Part shown: positions 1 through 9,791 of the stretch, in pieces
How the letters are laid out: each line of letters begins with the position of its first letter
Position numbering within the stretch: the stretch's first letter is position 1
DNA from: Thermoanaerobaculia bacterium
Lineage (GTDB): Bacteria; Acidobacteriota; Thermoanaerobaculia; Multivoradales; Multivoraceae
Direction of reading: 5' to 3'
NCBI GenBank assembly: GCA_965200575.1
Contig: OZ241363.1
Coordinates: 2,391,131 to 2,455,130 of the forward strand
Length of the DNA stretch: 64,000 bases
Translations under genes and position numbers: made by a program
The notes under the pieces: model-generated
Database searches by the model: none
Seen by the model: the letters and a program-made list of their open reading frames with translations, nothing else
What the model was told of the DNA's origin: nothing

Positions 1-1
1 G

Positions 2-1360
2 ATCGGCCAGCGCCGCACTCGCGACCTGACCGACTTCCTGGTCGGCGGTCGCTCGCTCGGCGGCATCATCCTGGGCGTCTCGTTCTTCGCCACCTACGCG
101 AGCACGAACAGCTTCATCGGCTTCGCCGGCAGGTCCTACACCTCGGGCATCGCCTGGCTGCTGATCATTCCGACCGCGGTGGTCCTGTCGATCATCGCCT
201 GGGCATGGGTCGCCCCGCGTCTGCGCGGCGTGACGGAGTCGCTCGGCTCGGTGACGATTCCCGACTACATCGGCTTCCGCTTCGACAGCCGGGCGGCCCG
301 GTTCGTCGCAGCGGTCATCGTCATCTTCTCCAGCTTCCTCTACATGACCGCCGTGTTCAAGGGCATCGGCGCCCTGCTGGTCGAGCTGCTCGACCTGAGC
401 TACGGCTTCGCGCTCTTCGTGGTCGTCGTGATCGTCTGCTTCTACACGATGATCGGAGGCTTCCACTCGGTGGCGCGGACGGACTTCCTCCAGGGCATGC
501 TGATGACTCTGGCCGCGGTGCTGATGTTCGTACTGATCACGCGGGCGGCCGGCGGCATCGGCCGGCTCGCCGAGCTCGGGCAGATCGGAGACGGCGCCCT
601 CGCCCGCTGGGACACGTCGCAGCCGCTCGGCCTGCTCTTCGGCGTCGTCTTCGCGGCCACCGTGAAGCTCATCGTCGAGCCGCGACAGCTGTCCCGCTTC
701 TACGCGCTCGAGACCGAGGGCGCCGCCCGCCAGGGCCTGGTCGTGTCGACGCTGAGCTTCCTGGTCGTCTTCAGCCTGCTGGCGCCGCTCGGTCTCTACG
801 CCCACTTCGTGGTCGGCCAGGGCGTCGCCGACACGGACCAGGTCATCCCGATGATGCTGAGCGACCCGGCCATCTTCCCGCCCGTCGTCCAGGCCTTCCT
901 GTTCCTGGCTCTCGTCTCGGCCGCCATGTCCTCGCTCGACAGCGTGCTGCTGGTCATGGCCTCCACCTTCCAGCGCGACCTGCTCGGCCTGCTGGTTCCG
1001 GCCGACGACCGCAACGCGGTGCGCAACACCCGCTTCTGCGTGGTGGTCTTCGCGGCCATCACGGCATTCCTGGCCATCGATCCGCCGGGAGGCATCGTCG
1101 AGCTCACCTCGTTCTCCGGCGCCCTGTACGCAGCCTGCTTCCTCCCCTCCCTGGCCCTGGGCCTCACCTGGAGGCGCGGCAACGGCACCGCCGCACTCTG
1201 CTCCTTCGCCGCCGGCGGCGCCACCCTGAGCCTGTGGATGCTGCTCGACATCCAGGCGATGCACGCCGTCTTCCCGGCCATGGCCGTCTCGTTCGCCGCC
1301 TACGTCGCCGCCGCCTGGGCCGGACCGGAGGCAAAGACAGCCCGGCGCCTGTTCGGGTAG
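2..1360 (+). CDS. Sodium:solute symporter family (SSF) transporter, 5'-truncated at the window edge
   Basis: Reading frame 2 is open from nt 2. It translates to IGQRRTRDLTDFLVGGRSLGGIILGVSFFATYASTNSFIGFAG, then the 393 aa ORF with several TM helices. The motifs are typical of the SSF family. Confidence 0.75.
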   Translation: MGQRRTRDLTDFLVGGRSLGGIILGVSFFATYASTNSFIGFAGRSYTSGIAWLLIIPTAVVLSIIAWAWVAPRLRGVTESLGSVTIPDYIGFRFDSRAARFVAAVIVIFSSFLYMTAVFKGIGALLVELLDLSYGFALFVVVVIVCFYTMIGGFHSVARTDFLQGMLMTLAAVLMFVLITRAAGGIGRLAELGQIGDGALARWDTSQPLGLLFGVVFAATVKLIVEPRQLSRFYALETEGAARQGLVVSTLSFLVVFSLLAPLGLYAHFVVGQGVADTDQVIPMMLSDPAIFPPVVQAFLFLALVSAAMSSLDSVLLVMASTFQRDLLGLLVPADDRNAVRNTRFCVVVFAAITAFLAIDPPGGIVELTSFSGALYAACFLPSLALGLTWRRGNGTAALCSFAAGGATLSLWMLLDIQAMHAVFPAMAVSFAAYVAAAWAGPEAKTARRLFG

Positions 1361-1662
1361 CGCAGTACTGGAAGAAGAGCGTCGAAGCGGCTTCGTGGCG
1401 ATCAGTCGAACCAGCAAGCGCCTGGTCGTTTCGCGAGCGCAGCGCTACCCGGGATGGGCGAAGGCGCCATCCCGCCTTCTCGCCAAGATGGGCCCCGGCA
1501 AGGCCGGGCCGCCGCGGGAGGCTGCACCGACATCGATGGCGGTCGAAGGAACGGCCCCGGGGCGCCGCAACTCCCTGTTGCGGGTGTCGTCTGCCACCGG
1601 GCGCTTTCTCAGCGTGCAGGCAAGACGGACACGCCAGCCAGAAGCCGGGAGCGACCGGCCCG

Positions 1663-2271
1663 TCAGTCCGCGGTCGGACCGGGCAATGCGCGGCGGTCGA
1701 CCTCGGTCCAGAAGGCGGCGATGTCCAACTCCACACCCGGGACCACCGGGGACTTCCAGACGCCGATGTCCTTCACCTGAACCACGAAGCGCTCACCGTC
1801 GTGGACCAGGACCTCGAACCGCCGGTCGGTCGGATCGACCAGCCAGTACTCCTTCACCCCGGCATCGCCATAGCGATTCAGCTTGAGCACCCTGTCCATC
1901 GCTGCGGTGCTCGGCGACAGCACCTCCACGACCAGGTCCGGCGCGCCCTCCACCCGTTTCCGGACAATCCCCCGTCGCCCGGGGGACACGTAGATCACGT
2001 CCGGCTGAGCCACCGTGTGGTCAGCCAGGTGAACGTCCAGCGGGGCGCAGGCCGCCTCTCCGCCCGTGGCCTCGGCGATGTCGTCAAGCAAACGCCAGAT
2101 GCGGGTAGCCACCCTCTGATGAACGAAGAGCGGGTTCGGGCTCAGGTAGAACCTGCCATGGATCAGCTCGCAGCGGGGTTCATCGGGAAGCGAGGCGTAA
2201 TCGTCCCGGCGCCAGGGGCCGGATTCGTGCGGCAAGGTCGCCACGGGCTGCTCAAGCAGCGTCACGGACAT
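1663..2271 (-). CDS. Uma2-family endonuclease (DUF820, putative restriction-endonuclease fold)
   Basis: 202 aa. The characteristic Uma2 motifs ELIHGRFYLSPNP, QPDVIYV and PDLVVEVLSPST are present. Confidence 0.8.
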   Translation of the reverse strand: MSVTLLEQPVATLPHESGPWRRDDYASLPDEPRCELIHGRFYLSPNPLFVHQRVATRIWRLLDDIAEATGGEAACAPLDVHLADHTVAQPDVIYVSPGRRGIVRKRVEGAPDLVVEVLSPSTAAMDRVLKLNRYGDAGVKEYWLVDPTDRRFEVLVHDGERFVVQVKDIGVWKSPVVPGVELDIAAFWTEVDRRALPGPTAD

Positions 2272-2320
2272 GCTGTCCAGTATACGGACGGCGACAGGCG
2301 GGCGTCCAACCTCCGGCAGG

Positions 2321-3430
2321 TCAGCGGCGGCGGTTTCTCCTGGCCCGCTGAACCGACCTGTAGTACGCGCCCAGGCGTCGTTCGCCAGCGCGACGCGAGG
2401 CTTCGTCCCTGCGCTCCCAAAGACGCCGCTGCTCGGCCAGCAGTTCGTTGTAGTTGCGCAGCCGGGCCGGCGCCAGCCGACCGTTGCGGATGGCCTTCAG
2501 CACCGCGCAGCCGGGCTCGCGCCCGTGTCCGCAGTCGCGGAAGCGGCACTCGCGGGCAATTCCGCGGATGTCGTCGAACGTCTCGTCCAGGCTGGCGTCG
2601 CCTTCGGCCCAGAGCGCGAGCTCGCGGATGCCGGGATTGTCGATCAGCAGGCCGCCGCCGGGGAGCTGCACGAGGCGTCGGCGGGTCGTGGTGTGGCGGC
2701 CACGATCGTCGGACCCGCGCACGGGCGCGGTGCGCATCACCTCCTCGCCGCAGAGGGCGTTCAGCAGGGTCGACTTGCCGGCACCGGACGAGCCGAGCAT
2801 GGCCACGGTGCGTCCCGCCTCCAGGTACCCGGCCAGCGCCGCCAGGTTCTCGCCTGCCGGCGTGTCGACCGCCACCACGACGGCGGCCGGCGCCGCCGCC
2901 CGCGCCTTCGCGCACAGCGCTGCCGGATCGGCGCACAGGTCCTTCTTGGTCAGCACCACGACCGGTTCGGCGCCGCTCTCCGCGGCCATGGCCAGAAAGC
3001 GCTCCATCCGCCTGAGGTTGAAGTCGCCGTCCATGCCCATGACCAGGAACACGGCGTCCACGTTTGCGGCCACGCCCTGCTCCTCGGTGCGGGCGCCGGC
3101 CGCCCGGCGGGAGAGCAGGGTGCGGCGCGGCAGCACCTGCACGATCTTCGGGTCGGCGCCGGGCACCTGGGTCTTCTCCACCGCCACCCAGTCGCCAACC
3201 AGCGGCGGTCCGCTCGTCGACCCGCGAATCCGTTGCAGCGCCCGTGCATTCAGTTCGCCTTCCTCCGCCACCAGGTGGATCACGCCGCGCGAGATGGACA
3301 CCACCCTCGCGGCAACGACCGCCCCGGCGCCCCGGCGCTGCGCCAGGACGCTGGCGAACGCGTCGTCAAACCCCTGAGTCCAGCCCCAGGCCACCAGGGC
3401 GCCTCCGTTCGCACCAGTCGCGGAGGTCAT
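2321..3430 (-). CDS. rsgA: Ribosome small-subunit-dependent GTPase A (RsgA/YjeQ)
   Basis: 369 aa. P-loop GSSGAGKSTLLNAL, G4 motif TKKDL and the C-terminal zinc finger CRFRDCGHGREPGCAV are present. The OB-fold comes first, then the circularly permuted GTPase. Confidence 0.85.
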   Translation of the reverse strand: MTSATGANGGALVAWGWTQGFDDAFASVLAQRRGAGAVVAARVVSISRGVIHLVAEEGELNARALQRIRGSTSGPPLVGDWVAVEKTQVPGADPKIVQVLPRRTLLSRRAAGARTEEQGVAANVDAVFLVMGMDGDFNLRRMERFLAMAAESGAEPVVVLTKKDLCADPAALCAKARAAAPAAVVVAVDTPAGENLAALAGYLEAGRTVAMLGSSGAGKSTLLNALCGEEVMRTAPVRGSDDRGRHTTTRRRLVQLPGGGLLIDNPGIRELALWAEGDASLDETFDDIRGIARECRFRDCGHGREPGCAVLKAIRNGRLAPARLRNYNELLAEQRRLWERRDEASRRAGERRLGAYYRSVQRARRNRRR

Positions 3431-3431
3431 C

Positions 3432-4370
3432 TCAGGTCACCCGCCGTTTCGGGTCGAACGTGTCGCGCAGCCAGTCGCCCAGCAGGTTGGACGCCAGGCA
3501 GGACGCCATGATCGCCAGACCCGGCATCGTGATCAGCCACCAGGCCACCTCGATGAAGTTGCGACCGTCGGCCAGCATGCCGCCCCAGGACACCTGCGGC
3601 GGCTGAATGCCGAGGCCCAGGAAGCTCAGACCGGCCTCGAACACGATGACACTGCCGAACTGCAGAGTGGCGAGCACCAGGAGCGTGTTCAGCACGTTCG
3701 GGGTCAGGTGGCGGAACAGGATCATCGGGCTTGACGCACCGGCCACCCGAGCCATGGTGATGAAGTCGCGTTCCCGCAACCCGAGCACTTCGCCTCGCAC
3801 GATGCGCGCGTACCAGGTCCAGTAGGTCAGCACGATGATCGTGACGACCATGCCCTCGCCCGGCGGCAGGACGGCGGCGAACAGCAGCGCGAGCGGAATG
3901 GCCGGAATGGACATCTGGACGTCGACCAGCCGCGAGATGAGCGCGTCGGCCAGACCGCCGAAGTAGCCCGCCACGATGCCCAGAGTCGCGCCGACGCCGC
4001 CGGAGAGGGCGATGGCGTACAGGGCCACGGTGACCGAGACGCGGGCGCCGGCGATGACGCGGCTGAGAATGTCGCGCCCGAGCATGTCGGTGCCGAGCGG
4101 ATGGGCGAGACTGCCGCCTTCGCCCCAGAAGGGCGGCGCCATGGACTCCGCGAGCGAGATCTCGGAGGCCTCGTGAGGCGCCAGCCAGGGTCCCGCGGCG
4201 GCGCAGAGCAGCACGAGAGCGAGCACCGAGCAGGAGACGACCGGGATACGTCCCCTCCGGGCCCGGCCGCCCACCCTGCTGCCGCCGAACGGACGCGCCG
4301 CCTCGGCCTCCCCGGCCAGGCGCTCGCCGGACCTGTCCCGAAGCGCTTGAGACCCGCCGCCGTCAGCCAT
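3432..4370 (-). CDS. ABC transporter permease, DppC/OppC-like (peptide/nickel family)
   Basis: 312 aa multi-TM protein with a BPD-transporter fold. Its start overlaps the stop of the upstream permease by 8 nt (ATGGCTGA). Confidence 0.75.
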   Translation of the reverse strand: MADGGGSQALRDRSGERLAGEAEAARPFGGSRVGGRARRGRIPVVSCSVLALVLLCAAAGPWLAPHEASEISLAESMAPPFWGEGGSLAHPLGTDMLGRDILSRVIAGARVSVTVALYAIALSGGVGATLGIVAGYFGGLADALISRLVDVQMSIPAIPLALLFAAVLPPGEGMVVTIIVLTYWTWYARIVRGEVLGLRERDFITMARVAGASSPMILFRHLTPNVLNTLLVLATLQFGSVIVFEAGLSFLGLGIQPPQVSWGGMLADGRNFIEVAWWLITMPGLAIMASCLASNLLGDWLRDTFDPKRRVT

Positions 4371-5280
4371 GACGGATCCGGGGGTCGATCAAGCCGTAGC
4401 TCAGGTCGACCAGCAGGTTGACGACCACGAAGATGACGGCCGAGAGGACGACTCCAGCCTGAACCACCGGGAAGTCGCGCGCGAACACGGCGTCGACCAC
4501 CGTGCGGCCGATGCCCGGCCAGGCGAACACGACCTCGATCACGAAGGCGCCGCCGAGCATGTTCGCGAAGTACACGCCGATCATGGTCGAAAGCGGCACG
4601 GCGGCGTTGCGCAGGGCGTGGCGCCAGACCACGGTGCGTTCCGGCACGCCCATCACCCGCCCGGTGCGTATGTAGTCACTGTCCAGGATGTCGAGCATGG
4701 ACGAGCGCAGCGTCCGGGTCATCGCGGCCACCGGGTACCAGCCCAGCGCCACCGCCGGCAGCACCAGGTGCAGGGGTCCGCCGCGCCCGAAGGCCGGAAA
4801 CCAGCCGAGGCGCACGGCCAGGAACAGGATGAGCAGCAGGCCGACCCAAAAACCGGGCATGGCCTGACCCAGCAGCGCCAGGAACTTCGCTGCCCGGTCC
4901 ACCCAGCCGCCGCGATGCACCGCCGAAAGCACGCCGAGAGGGACCGCCAGCAGAAGGGCGAAGACGAGGCCGGCGACGGCCAGCTCCAGCGTCGCCGGCA
5001 GGCGCTCCAGAAGCAGCGGCATGGCCGGCGCCTGCCACTGGTACGAATCGCCGAAGTCGCCGGTCAGCGCGTCGCGCAGGAACACCAGGAACTGGACCGG
5101 CAGCGGTCGATCGAGGCCAAGCGAGGCCCGCATCGCCGCGAAGTCCTCCGCCGTGGCCTCCATCGGGAGCAGTAGAGCTACCGGGTCGCCGGCCAGCCGC
5201 TGCGCCACGAAGACGATCAGCAGGGCGCCGAACACGGCCACCGCGCCCTGCCAGAGCCGGCGGATCAGGTAGCTGCGCAT
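4363..5280 (-). CDS. ABC transporter permease, DppB/OppB-like
   Basis: 305 aa. N-terminus is MRSYLIRRLWQ and the C-terminus ends LSYGLIDPRIR. This is the typical first permease of family-5 SBP transporters. Confidence 0.75.
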   Translation of the reverse strand: MRSYLIRRLWQGAVAVFGALLIVFVAQRLAGDPVALLLPMEATAEDFAAMRASLGLDRPLPVQFLVFLRDALTGDFGDSYQWQAPAMPLLLERLPATLELAVAGLVFALLLAVPLGVLSAVHRGGWVDRAAKFLALLGQAMPGFWVGLLLILFLAVRLGWFPAFGRGGPLHLVLPAVALGWYPVAAMTRTLRSSMLDILDSDYIRTGRVMGVPERTVVWRHALRNAAVPLSTMIGVYFANMLGGAFVIEVVFAWPGIGRTVVDAVFARDFPVVQAGVVLSAVIFVVVNLLVDLSYGLIDPRIRHG

Positions 5281-5293
5281 GGCGCCTGCTTCA

Positions 5294-6868
5294 TCATCTG
5301 CCTGACTGCTGGACGCGCTCGATGTCGCGCATCATCCGCCAGTTCGCCTGCGGCCAGGGCACGAAGCGGAACGTGTCCCGCCAGGCCAGCGTCACCAGCG
5401 GGCGATACGTCGGGATGCCGCCCGCGACACGCTCGTGCTTCAGCCGCGCTACCTCGCGCAGGAGGGCTTCCCTGGCGCCGGCTTCGACCGTCACCCGAAG
5501 CGTCTGGATCATCCGGTCGAGCTCCGGGTCGTCGTGGTACGAGTACCAGCCCCAGCCGTCGCCGTACGAGTGCAGGTGGCCGGACCAGGCGTCCGTCGGA
5601 TCGCCCAGGGTGCCGTGACCCCACATCCAGCTGGCGATGCCGTCCATCTCGGGCCGGGCGTCGCGCCGCCCCAGGTTGATCCAGGCGCCGTACTCCAGCT
5701 GCACGATGCGGCACCGAATGCCGGCCGCCGTCAGGTAGGCGAACATCGCCTCGCCGACCTCCTTCAGGTACGGCTCGCGCGGCGTGGTCAGGTTGTAGCA
5801 GTTCAGATTCAGGCCCCTGCCGTAGCCCGCCTCGGCCAGCAGTTCGCGTGACCGTTCCGGATCGAAGGCCCAGGGCAGAAGGTCCGGGTCGTGGCCCGGC
5901 GCTCCCGGCGTGATCTGGACTGTCCGGATGCCCTGTCCGCGCAGGATGTACTTGATGATGGCGTCGAAGTCGATTGCGTGGGCCACCGCCCGGCGCACCC
6001 GCACGTCGCCGAGCGGACTCCCCGGGGCGAGCGCGTTCAGCGCCAGGAACAGGTTGTTCGCGGTCGGCAGCGATGCGACCTTCACGCCCGGCATGCCTTC
6101 GAAGTCGGCGACCAGGGCCGGAGGCACGGCATCCATCCAGTCCACGGCGCCGCTCCTGAAGGCCGCCACGCGGGTCGTGTCCTCGGGGATGATCTTGATC
6201 GTCAGACGGCGAACCCCCGGCAGCGCGTCAAGGTTCCAGTAGTCGTCGAACCGTTCGACCACGAGCTCCTCGCGCACCTTGCGCGACACGAACTTCCACG
6301 GCCCGGTGCCCACAGGATGCGCCTGCACGCCGTCGTCGCCGACTTCCTCCCAGTGGCGGCGCGGGATCGCCCACAGGTCGAGGTTCAGCGGTAGCAGGGC
6401 GGCGTCGGGCCGGTCCCGGAAGACGATCTCGATGTCGTGGTCGCCGATGGCCCGCACGTCCTCGACGTGCCGCCAGCGTCCCGCTTGCCGCGACAGCGAC
6501 GGGTCGCTCTGCCGAAGGAAGCTGTAGCGCAGGTCGCCGGCCAAAAGCTCGTCGCCGTTGTGAAAGCGCACGCCACGGCGCAGCCGGACGGCGACCAGCC
6601 ACACCCCGTCGCGCTCGACCATCTCCCAGTGCTCGGCCAGCCAGTTCCGCTGCTCGAGATCCGGACCGACAGCGAGGAGCTGCTCGTAGAACAGCGCCAG
6701 AAAATACTGGTCCACGCCGGCGGAAGTTCGCGTCGGATCCACCTGCGTCGGCTCGGCGGCGAACGCCACGACCACGTGGCCCTCGTCGGTCGCGGCCGCC
6801 CGCGCGGCGCCGGGCGCAGGCAGCAGGCAGAGAGCGCAAAGGCACGCTGCCGCTGCCGCACGTCGCAT
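5294..6868 (-). CDS. ABC transporter substrate-binding protein, family 5 (peptide/nickel-binding)
   Basis: 524 aa with a signal peptide (MRRAAAAACLCALCLLPAPGAA). Its length and motifs fit SBP family 5. It is the first gene of the binding-protein/permease/permease run on the minus strand. Confidence 0.75.
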   Translation of the reverse strand: MRRAAAAACLCALCLLPAPGAARAAATDEGHVVVAFAAEPTQVDPTRTSAGVDQYFLALFYEQLLAVGPDLEQRNWLAEHWEMVERDGVWLVAVRLRRGVRFHNGDELLAGDLRYSFLRQSDPSLSRQAGRWRHVEDVRAIGDHDIEIVFRDRPDAALLPLNLDLWAIPRRHWEEVGDDGVQAHPVGTGPWKFVSRKVREELVVERFDDYWNLDALPGVRRLTIKIIPEDTTRVAAFRSGAVDWMDAVPPALVADFEGMPGVKVASLPTANNLFLALNALAPGSPLGDVRVRRAVAHAIDFDAIIKYILRGQGIRTVQITPGAPGHDPDLLPWAFDPERSRELLAEAGYGRGLNLNCYNLTTPREPYLKEVGEAMFAYLTAAGIRCRIVQLEYGAWINLGRRDARPEMDGIASWMWGHGTLGDPTDAWSGHLHSYGDGWGWYSYHDDPELDRMIQTLRVTVEAGAREALLREVARLKHERVAGGIPTYRPLVTLAWRDTFRFVPWPQANWRMMRDIERVQQSGR

Positions 6869-6902
6869 GCGGGGAACCTACCGCACCAGCCGAACGGTAT
6901 TG

Positions 6903-6988
6903 CCTGCGGACGCATGACGCTGGCCGGGCACGCCGACCACCGAGGGTGACTACAACGGGTTTTCCTGCGGACGCATGACGCTGGCTGG
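6903..6988. promoter_or_regulatory. Pair of 25-bp direct repeats (CCTGCGGACGCATGACGCTGGCYGG), 61 bp apart, upstream of the ABC transporter operon
   Basis: The copies at 6903-6927 and 6964-6988 match at 24 of 25 positions. They lie 35 to 120 bp upstream of the binding-protein start codon at 6868, which is on the minus strand. Confidence 0.5.
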
Positions 6989-7473
6989 CCCGGCAGCTTG
7001 CAACAGGCGAGGGATATGGACTGGCGCCAGCCGGCGAGCGCACAAACGTCCGGGATCGGTCTGCCGGGCGAGCCAGCGGCCGAAGGAGCGCAGGCTGGCC
7101 GGAGCCACCAGAGCCGGGATGGGATCCTCAGCCCTGCCTGTCCATGAGGCCGTGCGCCAAGGCCTCTGCGGGATGCTCGACAGTACCCACCCGGTGTCTG
7201 GCAGCGGGGTCGCGACACAGGTGTGGATCCCGGGACGCGGCCCGCGGCGCCGCCGGCCTGTCAGACCCTGCAGCCCGCGTCGGGGCTCGCCAGAACTCGC
7301 AAGCGGTCAGCGACAGCCATCCGACCTGCCCGGGCGGTACCGTTTCGGGCACTGGACAGGGCTCCCCGAATCCACCAGAATGATGGCTTCAAACCACTCC
7401 ATCTTCTTGACTTCGGGCTTCGGCAGCGACGCCCTTTGCGGCGGCTCTGCCGTGCCGCTCCCGGGAGCCCCTC

Positions 7474-8238
7474 ATGTTCTTCCTGCGCGTTCTCCGCAGT
7501 GCGAGCGCCTCGCCTGCGAAAGCCCCCCGGAATATCCTCCGGGCTGCCCCGCCGTCCGTACTGGCAGCCAGCCTGGCGATGGCGATGGCGATGGCGATGG
7601 CCGTGCCGGCGGCCAGCCAGACCGTCGAGCGGGTCGTGGACGGCGACACGATCATCGTCGCGGGGGTCGGCCGTGTCCGCCTGATCGGCGTCGACACGCC
7701 GGAGACCGTCCATCCGAACCGGCCGGTCGAGTTCTTCGGCAAGGAGGCCAGCGAGTTCACGAAGAACCTTCTGGAGGGCAAGTACGTCCACCTGGAGTAC
7801 GACCAGGAGCGGCAGGATCGGTACGGCCGGACGCTCGCATACGTCTATCTGGCCGACGGCACGCACGCCAACGCGGAGATCATCCGCCGCGGCTACGGCC
7901 ACGCCTATACGCGGTTCCCCTTTCGCCACATGGAAGCGTTCCGCCAGTTCGAGCGCGAGGCGAGAACGAACCGGCGAGGCCTGTGGGGCACGGCCGTCGG
8001 GGGCAGCGGGACCGGCGGCGGCGCAGGCGAGGCACGCTCGTCCAGCACTCCCACGAGGACGTATGCGAAGCCGCCGCCCGGCGTGCCGTCCACCGTGTTC
8101 GTGACCAGGACGGGCAAGAAGTACCACATCGACGGTTGCCGATTCCTCAGCAAGAGCAAGCTGCCCATGCCCCGCGACGAAGCCGCCGAGAGCTACGAGC
8201 TCTGCGGAGTCTGCGCCGCGAAGCTGAGACAGCGGTAG
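7474..8238 (+). CDS. Secreted thermonuclease (SNase/micrococcal-nuclease fold) with a C-terminal Cys/His-rich tail
   Basis: The SNase motifs VVDGDTI and RLIGVDTPE plus YGRTLAYV are present. The N-terminus looks like a signal peptide and contains an AMAMAMAMA run. The tail is KKYHIDGC...CGVC and may be a zinc-ribbon. Confidence 0.75.
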   Translation: MFFLRVLRSASASPAKAPRNILRAAPPSVLAASLAMAMAMAMAVPAASQTVERVVDGDTIIVAGVGRVRLIGVDTPETVHPNRPVEFFGKEASEFTKNLLEGKYVHLEYDQERQDRYGRTLAYVYLADGTHANAEIIRRGYGHAYTRFPFRHMEAFRQFEREARTNRRGLWGTAVGGSGTGGGAGEARSSSTPTRTYAKPPPGVPSTVFVTRTGKKYHIDGCRFLSKSKLPMPRDEAAESYELCGVCAAKLRQR

Positions 8239-8407
8239 CGAGCCGTCGGACGGTGTGGCGGCGTAGCGGTTGGCCAAAGCGCTCGTGGCAGCGTAGCTGC
8301 TTGCGACTCGCCGAACTACAGGCAACGACTCACCGCAGGGGCCGACGTGCTACCGTGCGCCGCCGACACGACTTGCATACCGGATGCAACAGTCTGGAGC
8401 CAGGGTG

Positions 8408-9496
8408 ATGAGCGACTTCAAGCAACTTGAGCTTGCGATCGGCAAGGCCCGCTCGCACGTCCGGAATGGCCTGGTCAAGAAGGAGGCCGACGTGCGGTCG
8501 GGCATTGTCGCTCCAGTCCTTCGCTCGCTGGGCTGGGACCCGAATGACCTCGCCTCGGTTCGGCGCGAGTTCTCGGTACCGGGCGGTCGGCTGGACTACG
8601 CTCTTCTCACGACCCACGACGATGTCGCGTTCGCCGTCGAAACGAAGCCGCCGGGCAACGTCGACGTCGGCGCCACGGACCAGCTCATGCGCTACGCAGG
8701 CTGGACCAAGGCACGCCTGGGGTTGATCACGGACGGCCAGGTCTGGTCCTTCTACCTGCCACTGGCCGAAGGCAACCCGAACCAGAAGCGCATCCAGACG
8801 GTCGATCTGAATGACGGGAAACTCGCCGACGTGCTGGTCCGCTACATGGCACGGGACCGGGTGCTCTCAGGCGAGGCAGTGAAGGCTGCAGAGGAAGACC
8901 GCGAGAACATTGGACTCGAAAGCGCCGTAAGCGCGGCCTGGGACCTTCTCAAGCAGCCGCGGCAAGACCTGGTCGCCCTGTTGGCCAAAGAAGCGGCCAA
9001 GCATATGGGGACGAGGAAGGCCAACATGCAGATCAAGGAAGGGGCCCGCAACTTCCTGGTGAAGGAACTCCGCACTGCCCGAGCAGCCGACGCTCGTAGT
9101 CCGACGAACCCGGAGCCGAAGCGCAGAGTGACTGGCAAGAAGCCCCCGGTGACTCCTCCCGGATCTCCGGTCGAGAAGGCCCAGTGGACCTACGGTGGAA
9201 CACGCCACGCAGCCAGCACCTTCAGCAACGCGTATGTGGAGATCATCACGCAGATCGCCAACGACCACGGCGGCATCGAGTTCTATCGGCTCTTCCAGAG
9301 CCAGTTCACCCGCAGGAAGCACAAGCAGGTCGCGCCGACCTCTTCCGAAGCAGGCCTGACGACCAGAGAACTGCCCGGCGGATGGCATCTCAGTACGCAC
9401 AGCAGCACCGCCGAGAAGAAGAGGCTCCTGGCTCGCGCCTGCGAGGCAGCTGGCCTCGTCTTCGGCCAGGACCTGGTACTGGGCGCCGGCTGGTAG
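8408..9496 (+). CDS. HsdR_N-type (PD-(D/E)xK) nuclease-domain protein with an unassigned C-terminal domain, paralog A
   Basis: The N-terminal ~110 aa match the N-terminal domain of type I restriction R proteins (DYALL...ETK...Q...Y...GLITDGQVWSFY). The C-terminal ~100 aa (WTYGGTR...DHGGIEF...GWH...CEAAG) have no match I recognise. A GGAG ribosome-binding site sits 7 nt upstream of the ATG. Confidence 0.65.
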   Translation: MSDFKQLELAIGKARSHVRNGLVKKEADVRSGIVAPVLRSLGWDPNDLASVRREFSVPGGRLDYALLTTHDDVAFAVETKPPGNVDVGATDQLMRYAGWTKARLGLITDGQVWSFYLPLAEGNPNQKRIQTVDLNDGKLADVLVRYMARDRVLSGEAVKAAEEDRENIGLESAVSAAWDLLKQPRQDLVALLAKEAAKHMGTRKANMQIKEGARNFLVKELRTARAADARSPTNPEPKRRVTGKKPPVTPPGSPVEKAQWTYGGTRHAASTFSNAYVEIITQIANDHGGIEFYRLFQSQFTRRKHKQVAPTSSEAGLTTRELPGGWHLSTHSSTAEKKRLLARACEAAGLVFGQDLVLGAGW

Positions 9497-9791
9497 GCGA
9501 CCAGCCAGTCGTTGGCCGCAGGGCCGTCTTCAACCGAGATCGGAAGGGCGACACAGGCTCTCTCGACAGAGACGGAGCCTGGCCAGATGAGCGCCGGAAC
9601 AACCAGCTCCTCTCGCCCCGGGAGCGTGTTCGCCGGCAACGGGAACGCCAGGCCCGCCTTTTTCTCGACCGCAGATGCGACCATCAACGACGCCCGGGCC
9701 TGGAACCAGCCAACGGACGAGCGACCCGGGGAGCTGCGGGACCGTCATCTGCAGGACGCCAACGGCAAGCGGTCGTGGGTACGACCGCCGC

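Noticed and set aside
205-3015. 936-aa ORF spanning the symporter, Uma2 and rsgA region in another frame
   Set aside because: The translation is Arg/Pro/Ala/Gly-rich and overlaps three well-supported genes. This is a typical long spurious ORF in 70% GC DNA.
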